In this document: positions 38,186-50,689 of the stretch, one piece after another
Layout: each line of letters starts with the position of its first letter
Numbering within the stretch: position 1 is the first letter of the stretch
The notes under the pieces: model-generated
The model's database searches: none
Told to the model about the DNA's origin: nothing
What the model saw: the letters and a program-made list of their open reading frames with translations, nothing else
Source of the DNA: Blepharisma stoltei ATCC 30299
Taxonomy: Eukaryota; Protista; Ciliophora
DNA: 64,000 nucleotides
Direction: 5' to 3'
Assembly: GCA_965603825.1 (NCBI GenBank)
Contig: CBFDEM010000021.1
Location: 885,585-949,584 of the forward strand
Translations under genes and position numbers: made by a program

Positions 38186-38215
38186 TAATTAAGATAACTA
38201 ATAAATTTAGCTTAA

Positions 38216-39658
38216 CTATGCAGTTGAGCTCGCTTTAGCTGCAATCCACTGGCTGATTAAGATTTCTTCGTGGTTTCTTGCGTACATGAGGGTTTGAGGA
38301 TCATTTGGGGAAGGAGTTCTCAGATCGACTGCAGTTGTGGCGTTTCTGATGTAGAAAACTGTCGTTTGAGGGTTAATTTCGTCTTGAATGCAGGAGTACT
38401 TGAATGGATCAAGCTGTCCATAAGAGAAAACGATATTTGAAGCGTACTGCAAGGTCTCATTTACGTTTGCTGACATCCCGTAGTTCACAGAAATCCAACT
38501 TGGCTTAGGGGTCACGCCGAACACGCTTTGGCACATTTGGATAAATTGGGCAGTGCTCCATGGCCTGACTGGGAACATGTCATTTCCTCCAAGAGGGTTG
38601 GAGGCAGTTTTTATAGGGCCGTATTGTCCCATAGGCATCATAAGCTCAGTGCATTGTTGGTACATCCATGGTTGTCCTTCTTCAAAGACGTTGTAAATAT
38701 CAAAACAGGTAGCTCTTCCAGTGTAATTTAAATACAAATTAGCGACTTCATACATCCCTTGAAGTGTTGACCACTGATTAACTGGAGCCATGTTGTATTT
38801 TTGAAGCAGCTGGCAAGCCACGTTGACAGGCCATGGTGGGAGAGGGCCATAGACATTGGAAACATAAGGGAAGTTGTATAAAGCAATTGACTTGATAATA
38901 GAAGTCAGCCAATCTTGAAGCTGGACAATGTCGCCCATGTCATTTAAGGACTGGCAAGTGTGGAAAGTGTCTTCCAGTGCAGTGTAAAGGGTAGGGCGGC
39001 TGATAAGGTTGCTCAAAATGTTGAAACCATCAGTGATCCAGATGTGGCAGAGCTGATTTACGTTGCTCATTGAGTAATCATAACTCACAACTCTGGAGAA
39101 GCCAGTCCCTTGTGTATCAAGTTGGGCAAGCAGAGGTGCTGAGCTTGCAATGGCTCCATCAATTATATGAGGGTACTTAATTCTCATGAAAGCAGCCAAC
39201 ATCCCACTGTAGACGCTGCCAAAGGCAATGACAGCTGTGGTGTTAGATGGGACGACTTGGTCTAAGATGTCAGCGAAGTCATAAAGGGCTTGGCTCGTCG
39301 TCAGGTATTGGTAGTCTTCTTCACTTGGAACTGAGTCGCCGTAGTATCTATGCTCAATGAATATCACAGTCGCGTTTAATTCAAGCTGCAAGTACTCAGT
39401 GATGAACCCAGCGCCTTGGAATTCGTATTCAATTGGATGATTCCCTCCTGTATAAACAAAAACTGGCCCTGAAGGGCTTCCGTTCATAATCAAAGCTTTG
39501 ATGTTGATGAAACCTGAATCACGATTCATATGGTCAATCGGTTCTGTAAAATACTCAACTTGGTAGTTTGGATTAAGCAAAAAAGTCTCTGCATTGCCGA
39601 CTCTGATGGAGTTCACACCTAAAAGAAGTCCTGCGATAAGGAAAAGCGGAAGAACCAT
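38216..39658 (-). CDS. Peptidase S28 family (PRCP/DPP7-like) homolog, probably catalytically inactive
   Basis: Signal peptide, PIDH, PVFVYTGG, IEHRYYGDSVP, YLTTSQALYDFA, KYPHIIDGAIASSAP, YQQCTE, SNIVFSYGQLDP. Confidence 0.92.
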   Translation of the reverse strand: MVLPLFLIAGLLLGVNSIRVGNAETFLLNPNYQVEYFTEPIDHMNRDSGFINIKALIMNGSPSGPVFVYTGGNHPIEYEFQGAGFITEYLQLELNATVIFIEHRYYGDSVPSEEDYQYLTTSQALYDFADILDQVVPSNTTAVIAFGSVYSGMLAAFMRIKYPHIIDGAIASSAPLLAQLDTQGTGFSRVVSYDYSMSNVNQLCHIWITDGFNILSNLISRPTLYTALEDTFHTCQSLNDMGDIVQLQDWLTSIIKSIALYNFPYVSNVYGPLPPWPVNVACQLLQKYNMAPVNQWSTLQGMYEVANLYLNYTGRATCFDIYNVFEEGQPWMYQQCTELMMPMGQYGPIKTASNPLGGNDMFPVRPWSTAQFIQMCQSVFGVTPKPSWISVNYGMSANVNETLQYASNIVFSYGQLDPFKYSCIQDEINPQTTVFYIRNATTAVDLRTPSPNDPQTLMYARNHEEILISQWIAAKASSTA

Positions 39659-39897
39659 TTTATTCCACACCTGAAATTAGTTGGCATGAAAAAGTGGTGA
39701 GGAGTTTTATGGAAAATTTCACCAGAGACTGAATAAGAAAGAGACTAAATATAGCAAGCTGTGAAGAGAAATACACAAGGGATATTTTGTTTAAAGATTA
39801 ATTGGGAATTATGACTATTCATAATAAAGCAAGTTTATTATAAAAGTTTTGCATTTAAATTGTTTTCTAATTAATTTCACCGTGTTTATATAAAAAG

Positions 39898-41064
39898 ATG
39901 TGGATTCTTTTAGTCGTTTTGGCCTGTGATGCAGCACTTGTAAGTGTGGTAGAGACGTTTAGACATGGAGCCAGGTCTCCAGTGAAGCAATTTTCATGGG
40001 ATAACGCTGTTTGGCCACAAGGCTACGGAGAATTAACTCCTGAAGGAATGAGGCAGCATTACTTAAACGGGGTGGAATTTAGAAGAAGATATATAGAAAC
40101 AGCTCAGCTCTTAGGCCCAAACTACAGTGTTGAAGATGTTTATGTCCGCTCAACTAACTTGAATAGAACTCTCATGAGTGCTGAAAGCCAGCTATTTGGT
40201 CTTTTCCCACAAGGCGCTGCTATAAAAAATCAATTTTTAGCTCAAAAAGCAGTCCCTCCTATTCAAGTTTCAGGATTAGCTAATGCCCAAGCGGAGCTTG
40301 GGCTAAATGCTGTAGCTAACAGATATCAAATGATTCCTATAAACACAGTAACTGAACCATATGATAACATGCTCAGCGGCTATCGTCTTGCAAATTGCCC
40401 AAGATTTGCAGAAATCCAAACAGAGCAGCAAGGCACCTCGACCTATGAAAGAAAAGTGACCCAATACAACGACGGCCTCCAGCAGCAGGTTTTAGAAGTT
40501 TTCAAGGTAAATGCTACTTTTTCTGAGTGCGGGGTGTTCAGTGATACCTTGCACTCTATGAAATTCCATGGGTATGATTGGCCTGCTGGAGTTACTGAAG
40601 AAATGTACAATTCTATGGAAGAAGTCCTCACTTATCAGTATTCCTATTATTGGACCTCAGAAGCAACAAGTCTTTCGTCTACTGAATTTATGGAGGCTAT
40701 TTTCAGTCAGTTTGATTCTACCATTAATGGGACAGCAGCTCCCAAAATGTCCTTATACTCTACCCACGATGTTACCTTGATTGGATTTTTGATATTTTTG
40801 GGGATTTGGGATAACATCAACCCTCCTTATGCTTCATCTCTCATTTTTGAGCTATACGACAATAATGATGTATACCAAATACAAGTCTTATACAATGATG
40901 TCTTGCAGACAATTCCTGGCTGTGGAAATCCTTGTACATATCAAAGTTTCAAAAATCTAATTACCCCAAAGCTAACTCCTGACGTAAGAAAAGCTTGCCA
41001 GCTGCAAGGAAGTACGACTGAGTTTGACCTCGATCCTTTATCAGTAATTTATCAATATACTTAA
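39898..41064 (+). CDS. Histidine acid phosphatase (lysosomal/prostatic type)
   Basis: Signal peptide, RHGARSP, GELTPEG, RTLMSA, YSTHDVTL, PPYAS. Confidence 0.95.
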   Translation: MWILLVVLACDAALVSVVETFRHGARSPVKQFSWDNAVWPQGYGELTPEGMRQHYLNGVEFRRRYIETAQLLGPNYSVEDVYVRSTNLNRTLMSAESQLFGLFPQGAAIKNQFLAQKAVPPIQVSGLANAQAELGLNAVANRYQMIPINTVTEPYDNMLSGYRLANCPRFAEIQTEQQGTSTYERKVTQYNDGLQQQVLEVFKVNATFSECGVFSDTLHSMKFHGYDWPAGVTEEMYNSMEEVLTYQYSYYWTSEATSLSSTEFMEAIFSQFDSTINGTAAPKMSLYSTHDVTLIGFLIFLGIWDNINPPYASSLIFELYDNNDVYQIQVLYNDVLQTIPGCGNPCTYQSFKNLITPKLTPDVRKACQLQGSTTEFDLDPLSVIYQYT

Positions 41065-41130
41065 TAATTTGCATTAATTTTCATTTACCGCCTTTAGAGA
41101 TATTTTTGGCTGAATTTTTCAATTGTATAA

Positions 41131-42381
41131 ATGGAAAACTCAGATCATCATTCCTCACGCACGATTTTCGACCCAATTCATGGTCACGTCACATTTTCAT
41201 CAAAGATCTGAACTTTTATAGACAACCCAGTCTTCCAGAGGTTGAGAAATGTAAAGCAGCTCGGCACATCCAATTATGTGTTCCCAGGGGCAACTCATAG
41301 CCGCTTTGAGCATTGTTTAGGCGTTGGATATTTATCAAGGAAGCTCTTAGCCACCATCAAAAAAAAGCAGCCAGAGCTCGAAATCTCAGAGAATGATCTC
41401 ACAAATATAACCCTTGCTGGAATCATGCATGATCTCGGACATGGACCTTTTTCGCATGTTTTCGATGCAGAGGTCGTCCCAGCTCTTGGGATCCACAATT
41501 GGACACATGAAGAAGCTTCAGTCAGCTTGCTCAGGTATATGATTGATACTTATAACTTGGACATAGAGCAAGAAGATATAAGAAAAGTATCAAATTATAT
41601 AACAGGGGCAGGATGCGGGTTTATGGACCAAATAGTAAACAATCGACTGAACTCGATTGATGTCGACAAATACGATTACATTAAAAGGGACTGCTACTGC
41701 TTAGGCTTCCGAGAGTTTCCTCTAGATATAGACAGACTTATGAAAAACTCCAAAGTTATTGACGACACTATTTGCTATCATGAAAAAGTGGTCCATAGCG
41801 TCTACAGTCTGTTTCAGAACAGGTTTTCACTGTTCCAGCAGTGCTACTCACATAGAGTGGAGCAGTCTATCGGATTAATGTTTACTGATGCCATTGTAGC
41901 TGCCGAGTCTGTGCTGAACATCAAAGAAAGAATAGCTGATCCTGCACTTTATTATCAGGTGACTGATAATATCATCAACGAAATTATGATAACCAAAGAT
42001 AGCCAGCTTGATTCTGCAAAAGAGATTATCAATAGGATCCAGAGGAGAAATCTATATAAGCTTGCAGGAGAATTGATTTATCCAGCAGATGTGTCAATTC
42101 AGAATATAACTCGAGAAAACATTGTAAGCTATAATCCGACTTCTGAGCCTTTGTCTGTGGACGATATCATAGTAAAGCCGTTTACGTTGACATATGGGAA
42201 TCCTGCTGACAGGGTGTGGTTTTATAAAGGAGACTCAAAATTCTTGATTCCTCGAGAAAAAGTTAGCACGTTAATTCCTGGGAATTATTGTGATAAATAT
42301 GTGAGGGTTTTCGTAAGAAACCCTGAGAAGCAAGAAGTCGCGAAAAAAGCGTTTGAAGCCTTCTGCCAAAAAGAGAGATAA
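41131..42381 (+). CDS. SAMHD1-like HD-domain dNTP triphosphohydrolase (no SAM domain)
   Basis: With TGA=W the ORF extends 5' to ATG 41131 (IFDPIHGHV...FQRLRNVKQLG). Motifs ATHSRFEHCLGV, HDLGHGPFSH, HE, DVDKYDYIKRD. Confidence 0.95.
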
Positions 42382-43235
42382 ATGATTAATAATATTCTAT
42401 AAGTAAGTATTTTAAAAGGAATTTGATAGAAGCTAACTTCTATAAAAAACTTATGAATTTTGATTTGTTCAATAATAACTGAATTATCATTTAAGAATGT
42501 TTAATAATTCCTGAGAAAAAATTTGCAGAGTCAAAATCAAATAATTGCTTTATATTTTGCCAACAATATATAACTGAATCAGTCTCAATTTGGTGCTAAA
42601 ATTGCTTCTCTTGTATTTAATAAATTAGGGCATAAACAAACAATCTATAACTTCTCCTATTATTGAGTCAAATATTAAATAAACTTCCTTATATTAAATT
42701 TTGGGAGAATCATGGGCTTTAGATCATGATCATATTATAGTACAATTGAAAAGTTTTGATTTTTCAAAAATGGAAGCTTTGCTAGTTCCTAAATGAATGA
42801 TCATAGATTAATTATATTTTTCTATAACTTAATTTGAGTTAATAATTTTTTATAATGAAAGCATAATTAATTAGCTTATAAAGATAGAATAACTTCTTTC
42901 ATTGAATTTAGCAATATGAATAATGCATATATTTTTCAGTTCACTCCCTATAAGACTCAAAATAATTTTAACATCATAATTCCTAATAAAAATTGTAGAG
43001 TTTATAATTATCTAGTAAAAGACAAATAATCTATAATTTTTGCTACTGAGCTTTAAATTGCTTTATTCTAATTGTTTATTAGAATAATTTATAAAATGCT
43101 ACATAAGCAAATTATGAAGAATTACTAGCAGTCTTCAGACATGACTCGCAACGCCATACTGATAACACCATTGAAAACCATTTATTTTGGAAAATGGAAA
43201 CTTTGTAGTTTCATGAATAAATAATTATATCTAAG

Positions 43236-43544
43236 TTAGTAAATAGCACAAGCACACGAGCACTTTCCTCTTGGGATGATTTTTGAGTTAATTAATTTGT
43301 CTAAATCTGTTTCTGGTCTTTGAGAAATATCTGAACAAAATGATTCCATTACACTGGTGTCCAGTCCACTATCAAACTTCTTTATTGGTAAGCCTAGCGA
43401 ATCACTCATAGCTGATCTGAAAAAATCTGGAAATTTTCCGTCTTTGTGCAATAAAGCTCCATTCAAAGTATTTGACCGTGAAGGAGGATTGCTGATTTCT
43501 CTTGCTTCAGATATTTCGGAGATTACGCTGAGTCTTGCATTCAT
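43236..43544 (-). CDS. Small Ser-rich protein with C-terminal CxCxCaaX (CSCACAIY)
   Basis: Paralogous to 45030-45344 (LSVI.E..E.REIS.P.S.SNTL; D...DTS; RP.TDLDKLI.SKI). Confidence 0.8.
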   Translation of the reverse strand: MNARLSVISEISEAREISNPPSRSNTLNGALLHKDGKFPDFFRSAMSDSLGLPIKKFDSGLDTSVMESFCSDISQRPETDLDKLINSKIIPRGKCSCACAIY

Positions 43545-45029
43545 GATTAGCGATAAATTTATAGTTTATATTAACATAGAGATGGAGAAATAATAGCCAT
43601 GCTCAAATAATGCGAGGCCTACATATAAATATGATATACAATTAGAGGAATTATTAAAATAGCAAACTTCTTCACATTATATATGACATTCTAGAATATT
43701 CATGCTAATTAATGAAATACAAATGCTTACTTTGTGATTAATTAGAAAGACAAGAAAATTTAAATTATCAGATTAATTATATATGGCTTTCGAATTTCCT
43801 CAGAAAATACTTAATTGAAGAAGGATGCCTTCCAGCTGCTTCTGAAAGCAGATCTTGGACATATTTTGTCTGCTAGCTTTAATTAATTTGTGTTTTCATA
43901 ATTAATTGCTAGAATTTGTGTATTGCAAGCCTAATAAACAGTTTTTTAAACGTCAAGAATCGATTCCAGTTTATGAGAGGACTTAGATTATTTTAGTTAA
44001 GTGATATTGAGTAGTTCTTGGCACGCTAGAAAAGTGATTTAAATGCTTTTCTTCATCTTCAGTCAGCCAGCATCCGAAAGCAGAATCCAATTCGTGGATA
44101 AATCGCCAGTCGAGCTGTAGAGCTTCCCTAATTACCACATGCCTAAAGCAAAGCGGCCCGGTTGTTCTCATGTCGCGTTTGACATAAACTGCAAACCTCA
44201 AAAGTTTGAAAAAAAAATTCTTGCCAACTTCGGGATAATGGGATTTCGAAGGTCAGGCTGCTGCACCCAGTATGACGCTTGGAAAGTGCATGAACGACAT
44301 AATGAAATTCTAGTTTTTACTAGGCACTCACAATTTCAAGTCTCATAATCTCATGAGAAAAAAATCCAGCCTTGGAAATGAACCGTTATGCTCTTAACGC
44401 TGGCAGGTTGCTTAGCATGGCTTTCATTTTCCAATGAAGAAAATAAGAGATTATCAAAAGGAATTTTTTTCACATATTAACTAATGATTTTATAGATTAT
44501 AGAAGAGTTTAAGCTTTATAAAGAATTAATTTCAATTTATGATAAAAGTACCCTATGACTCAAGCTGCTCAAATGTTCTATTTTTCCACTTTTGCATATT
44601 TTTCTCAAAAATGAAAAATATTAAATTGTATTTATCAGCTTTCAGATATATCTTCCATTAATGCCTTTTATCAAAAATCCAGTTTCATTTTAAGAATTTA
44701 TTGTAAAATAGATCAATATAAAAGCCAGAAAATGAAAATTTTTCTAAATCCCTAATTTCTCGTCCAAGCAAATTCTATATTTTCAGCCGTTTCTTATCTG
44801 ATAATTTTTTAGGTTAATCAATTTCTATGTAACAGCAATTTCAAATTTTCAAATATTTTTATTGCCAGTTTAGAAAGTCTTATTCTTTGCTTTTATATCT
44901 AAGAGTTTTATATAAAGATATCTTTTCAAGTTAATATTCACCCCTGCATTAATAAAATTTATATAAACTAAAAAAATCTTACATATTAAGTGTGTATTTT
45001 TGGATGCATTCGATTAATAATTACAAAGA

Positions 45030-45344
45030 ATGAATCGAACTTTGAGTGTGATTCTTGAACAAACAGAAGAAAGAGAGATAAGTGAGCCCCAATCTCCTTC
45101 AAACACTCTAAAAAGCGACTGTAAACAAAGCGATCGATCTTCTTTAACTGATGTGACGTCCAAGCGTGCTTCTTTGGCGTTCTCAGTTAGAAAAGTTGAT
45201 AGTAACATAGACACATCCCTTCTGGACTCATATATTTATGATAAGTCTCCAAGAAATCAGCGGCCAGATACTGATTTAGACAAATTAATTAAATCAAAAA
45301 TTGTGTCTGGTGATAAATGCTCTTGTACATGCAGTATATTTTAA
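45030..45344 (+). CDS. Small Ser-rich protein with C-terminal CxCxCaaX (CSCTCSIF)
   Basis: Paralogous to 43236-43544 and divergently oriented. Confidence 0.8.
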   Translation: MNRTLSVILEQTEEREISEPQSPSNTLKSDCKQSDRSSLTDVTSKRASLAFSVRKVDSNIDTSLLDSYIYDKSPRNQRPDTDLDKLIKSKIVSGDKCSCTCSIF

Positions 45345-46530
45345 TTTATGATTATGAGATTTTAATTTACTTTATTGAAATATCTCCACCTAAAGTTCAA
45401 ATATTCCAAGACCCATTTTTCACTTAAGACTCTAATTAAATTTTTACAAATTTAGTTATATCTCCTTTGAGATCCTGCCTAAACAAATAGTTGCGAGAAA
45501 TGCTCGATAGATACAGAAAGATCAGCAGTGCATATAAAAGATTTTCATATAATGCATGGAATTTCTTCTTATTATTAATTCAAAGAGCATAATTATTAAG
45601 CATTCTCTTAAACACTGCCTTCTCCCTCACAGTTTCTTCTAGCGATTTTCAAAAATTAGCTTGAAGTGCAAGGCCATCAGTGCAAATTTGCCTTGTTTTT
45701 TTGAAATCTGATTAAAACTGGAATCGCAGCAGTAGCATATAAAGAAAATCTTAAGCCCTGCACATCGCGAACAGTCTTAAAGCATTTAGAGCTTTAACAA
45801 ACATTTTGGTATTCTGTGTATCAAGAAAGCTACTCTATCTGCAGATTAACCTCTTTTAATCAGACAGCATAGAGATGATATTGAAAGTCCAGAACTCATT
45901 TATTTTAAGCTGTCAATATAATAATTTTAACTTTTTCCAATTTTTGATGACCCTGATAAATCAGTCTTTAAGCAGAGGATCAGATTTAGCCATTCCAGGT
46001 AGATTTATTTCCATTTAGAATATTTTAGAAAATATTTAAATGCTTTATTTCAAATACTCAGTAATACTAAAAGAGCTTTTTTTAAATTTCAGCTATCATT
46101 ATTCTTTCAACTTAATCACCAATAAAAATTTTGGCGAAAATTATTCAAACTATATTTGCAGGAAAGCATGGATGGAGGAAGTATTCATAATCAAGGATAA
46201 TGATTAGGTAGCTACTGGCTTTCATTCAATAGCTATTTAAATAAGATTTAATTAATAGCAGTGAGGATAATTATTAATTTAAAACCTTTGATTATTAGCC
46301 AGGATCATTATCCTCTGACAAAATTTCCTATTCCTAGGGTTTCTCCAATTTCCCTCACATTGAGCTAAAATTTCAGGTCCAAAATTAATCGCTTTTTTAC
46401 CATATATCTAAATTGTTTGATTATATTTAAAACCTAAAAGAGGTCTATCTAAGTTTAGCTATATCTTTTGTTTTCTTAAAATCATAATATCTATGGTAAA
46501 TTTTATATATATTAATTTACAACAACCAGC

Positions 46531-48042
46531 ATGTCGATTTTTGATAATCTTAACAGTGAGGATTTCTGGGTGAGCATCAAAGAGCCAGCCGAACAGCTCT
46601 TCAGCGATCTTATTTACCAGGGAACATTGTGGGAACTCGTGGAGCAGGGCAGAATCATTTGTAAAACCATCATGCTTTCAGGGTATTGTTTCTATTCACT
46701 AAATAATGATATGGAAACTGTTGGCAAAATGGCCATATTGAATTGGACAACAATAGAACCTTTTTCAGAAAGCTGTGAAAGCCATACAAGGTTTGGCTTC
46801 AGGCTTAAGAGACGCTCAATTTTCAAAGACTTTTATACTGAAAACAGTGAAGAACTCGATAAGTGGCTTGACTGTTTATCGAAAATTTGTATAAAAAATG
46901 ACATTGAAGATGACTATGAATTTGTCAAAGAAATTGGGAAAGGGGGCTTCGCAGACGTAAGGCTAGCCAAAGAAATAGAGAGCGATGAGATGTTTGCAAT
47001 AAAAGGAATATGCAAGGCCAAGGTCATGGAGTTTGGCAAGAACTTTGACCCAATCGTAGATGAGATCCAAATCATGAGATCGCTGAATCACCCAAATATT
47101 GTTAAATTGCATAGAGTTTATGAGAGCGAAACCCATGTTTATTTGGTCCTTGATTACCTAGAAGGCGGAAACCTTCTCCGAAGGCTAAAAAGCAAAGGGT
47201 TTTACTCAGAAGAATTAGCTAGGAAAATAACTCTTAAACTTCTTGAAGTGCTTGAATATTTGCACTCCAAAAATATTGTCCACCGTGACATCAAGCTTGA
47301 AAATATTCTTTTGGTTTCCAAAAGTAGCGACATCGAGATCAAAATTATCGATTTCGGCCTTGCCTGCGAAAGCAATGGAAGTTTAACAATGAGATGCGGC
47401 TCCCCAGGCTACTTAGCCCCAGAAATTTTAAAACTTCAGCCTTACAATGAGAAGGTTGATATTTATTCCACAGGAATTGTACTATATACGCTATTAAGCG
47501 GAATCCATCCTTTTGAAGGATATTCCGGTGATAAAAAATTATCACAAAATCGAAATGGCAGATTATTTTTCGACGAGCATTGCTGGGGACATGTATCAAA
47601 GGCAGCCATAAATGTCATCAATTTACTGGCAAATCCTGATCCTATAAGCAGATTAAATGCAAGTGAAGCTCAGAAAATCAAGTGATTCCAAGTCTTAGGG
47701 TCTGGGGTAAGAGTCAATGTATTGCAGAGGACTCCGCCTGAAATCAGGTCGCCTCTAACCAGAGGGAAATCACTTGAAAAATATAAAGCTCAGAAAATAA
47801 AAGCAAGCAGAAGATTGTTTATGAGCAGAGAAAGCATTGAAGAAGATGCTAAAACTGCCATTGTGGAGGTTGGGGAAAATAAATCTCCAGAAAGAAAAAG
47901 AAGGGAAGTAAGCTCCAGGACTGAAGTGCTCCCGAAATCACCTAGTAAAGGGAGTAAAAATAGAAAGAAGCACTTGAAAATTCTGGAAGAGCTTGAGTTG
48001 GCGGATGATGTCTGCAAAGAGAAAAGGAGGTGTAAAAAATAA
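46531..48042 (+). CDS. PH-like domain plus CAMK-group Ser/Thr kinase
   Basis: FYTENSEELDKW (PH C-terminal helix), IGKGGFADV, AIK, HRDIKLEN, DFG, CGSPGYLAPE. TGA at 47683 is read as W and joins ORF 47722-48042. Confidence 0.93.
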
Positions 48043-49183
48043 CTGTATTAAAAGTATTAATTTAATAAGCTTGCCAGATAGGGGATGTTTTATCTGTTGA
48101 AAGGGTCATATTAAGGTTTTATATTTGATTTTTTTCAATAATACTTTGTTTAATATAAGGCTGCTAAGTTGTGAAGTTTCCTGATGTTTTATACTTAAGT
48201 CGTGTTTTCAAATTTTGATTTGGGTTTCATAGCCCAAGATCGCTTTAAAAAGTGGGAAATAGGAGAAGAGTCGTTAGTATTTTCACAGCCTTCCAATTTA
48301 TAAATTTTAGCTTGAAATATTTCTAAAAGAAGCTAAAGACTGATAAAATATAAAAACACAATAAATTATTGTTTAAGTTTAAATTATTTTATCATTTTTA
48401 TTAAGTGCAACGGTATTGGTCTTAAATGATAATTACTCAAACTTTTGAATAAAATGGAATAGTTTATCGCTGATTTACCTTAAATTGGCTAAGAGTAAAA
48501 TGAGCTTACAATGGCCTGAGACCGAATTCAACATGATTTGGTTCTAAAGCTTTAAAATTTTGTGTTCTATTTTGACTTTATCTAATCCAAAGACCGATTT
48601 AAAATAATAAGATTATAAAATGTTGAATTTTTGTGTTTTATTTGATATATATATCTACATCTAACGATATATTTTTCCAATGAGGGCTTGAATCGAAGAT
48701 TTTCATTTTAAATCAAAGTTACTCAAACTGCTAGTTTATAATTAAAGACTAAAAATTTTCAACTGAGTTATTATTCAATAGGTTGTGAATATTAAGCAAT
48801 TGCTGGAATTCTTTAATACATTTTTAATGGGTTCTAAAGAAATCCATAAGAAATTTTGCATGCATATTATTTACTAAAATTCGGCATTTTTTTTTAATTA
48901 ATCAGTCAAAAATTCTGCAAAACAATCTAATAAGTTTAATTCTACTTAAAATGCATCTTATCTTCTGAATTAATGCAAAATCGCCCGCAAATTCTCTAAG
49001 AATTTCCCATTTATCGACTTATTTTAAAAAATAATTTTTCCATTTTCATTTCTCATTATATATAATAATTTCATACAATAAATATGCGACACTTGAAACT
49101 TTTTTTTATGCCTTAAAATTTCTTCAGTTATTCAGATCTTATGGCAATTTCTTTAACTCCATTTGTAGGTTTTTTATAAATTA

Positions 49184-50656
49184 ATGCAAACCATATTCGA
49201 GAAGTCAGACATTTCAAAATCAGGGGAGTTTTGAACCCCAACAACAGAAGCCAAGGAAAAATTAACGAAAAGCTTGGTTTATCAAGGAGTCCTATGGGAA
49301 TTAATTCAGCCAGGACTTATTAAGAAAAGAAATATTTTGGTTTCTGGCAAAGCTCTTTTTGTACTCAAAAAGGACCTGAGCGTAGCCAAAAAAATGGTAA
49401 ATCTTGAATGGAAAATAGTGGAACCTTTTGTTGAAACTTGCAATGAAAGATCTCGATATGGGCTCCGAATTCTATATAAAAGCCATGGATTTGACTTTTA
49501 TGCAGAAAGCAGCGAAGATCTTGACCATTGGGTCGAAAATTTATCAAAAATCGCCATCATGACTAACGTCGAAGATGATTATGAATTCGCCAAAGTCATA
49601 GGCCGAGGCGGTTTCGCGAAGATTTACCTCGCTAAAAATATCGAGACTCAGCAAGATTTCGCCATAAAATCCATCGAAAAATCACAAGTGGTGAATTTCC
49701 CGAGTAATTTCGCACAACTTGTGAGCGAAATCAAAATCATGCGATCACTTGACCACCCAAATGTTGTAAAACTGCACAAAGTCTATGAAAGCGAAACTCA
49801 TATACATTTAGTGCTTGACTATTTGGCTGGCGGTGATCTTATGAAAAGGCTCAAATTGAAATCCTTTTACCCTGAGGAGTTAGCTGCAAAACTTGTGTAT
49901 AAACTTTTACAAGTTTTGAGCTACTTGCACTCAATGGGTATCACACACAGAGATATAAAGTTGGAAAACATAGTTTTGCTGTCTAAGTCAAATGATATTG
50001 AGTTCAAACTTATTGACTTTGGGCTTTCATGTGAAAATACTGAAAGTATGAAACTCAGGTGCGGCTCTCCTGGGTATGTAGCTCCAGAGATTTTGATGAA
50101 GCAGCCATATACTTCAAAGGTTGACATTTATTCAGCTGGAATACTACTATATACTTTACTGTCAGGAGTTTTTCCTTATTGTGAAATAGGATGGAATCAA
50201 AAATCGATAGCTAAAAGCAAGGATTTCAGGCTATTTTTCGAAGATGAGCAATGAAGCCATGTATCAAGGGCAGCAATCCAAATGGTGATTTGAATGACAG
50301 ATCCTAATCCCTCATGCAGGATCAGCATAGAAGATGCCCTGACCTCAAAATGAATTTCATCATTCATTACAGGCATAAAAATAAATGACATACATAGGAA
50401 CAGCAAACTACGAATAGGCAAAACAAGGGGCGAGATCTCCAGAGTAAAAACATGCCACACAGAAAGAGATCTTGCATTAATCAATGAAAGATCAAAAGAA
50501 AGTCCAGCCACTGACAAATCACCAAACAGCCGAGAAGAACACAATAGAAACAAGCAGATAGAGCTAAAAGAAGCACAAACTCCAAAATATAATGCGAGCA
50601 TAAGGAGGAAGTCTTTGCATATACTAAAAGACTTGAGAAAATTTGAAAATAATTAA
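49184..50656 (+). CDS. PH-like domain plus CAMK-group Ser/Thr kinase (tandem paralog)
   Basis: ATG at 49184 in frame; IGRGGFAKI, HRDIKLEN, DFG, CGSPGYVAPE; reads through TGAs to TAA 50654-50656. Confidence 0.93.
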
Positions 50657-50689
50657 TTTAATGTAGAATCGTGAGGCATTAAATAGTTT

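Noticed and set aside
41131-42381. SAMHD1-like gene as a defence module linked to the LINE
   Set aside because: It lies 30 kb away among housekeeping genes, and the family is widespread; nothing in the sequence links the two.
43860-44420. GC-richer island with short ORFs 43983-44201 and 44139-44348 as a gene or ncRNA
   Set aside because: No recognisable protein motif, RNA structure or telomerase-template match by eye; left uncalled.
43236-45344. Small CaaX proteins as G-protein gamma subunits for the receptor cluster
   Set aside because: They lack the N-terminal coiled coil and the DPL/NPF-type motifs of G-gamma; only the CaaX end is shared.
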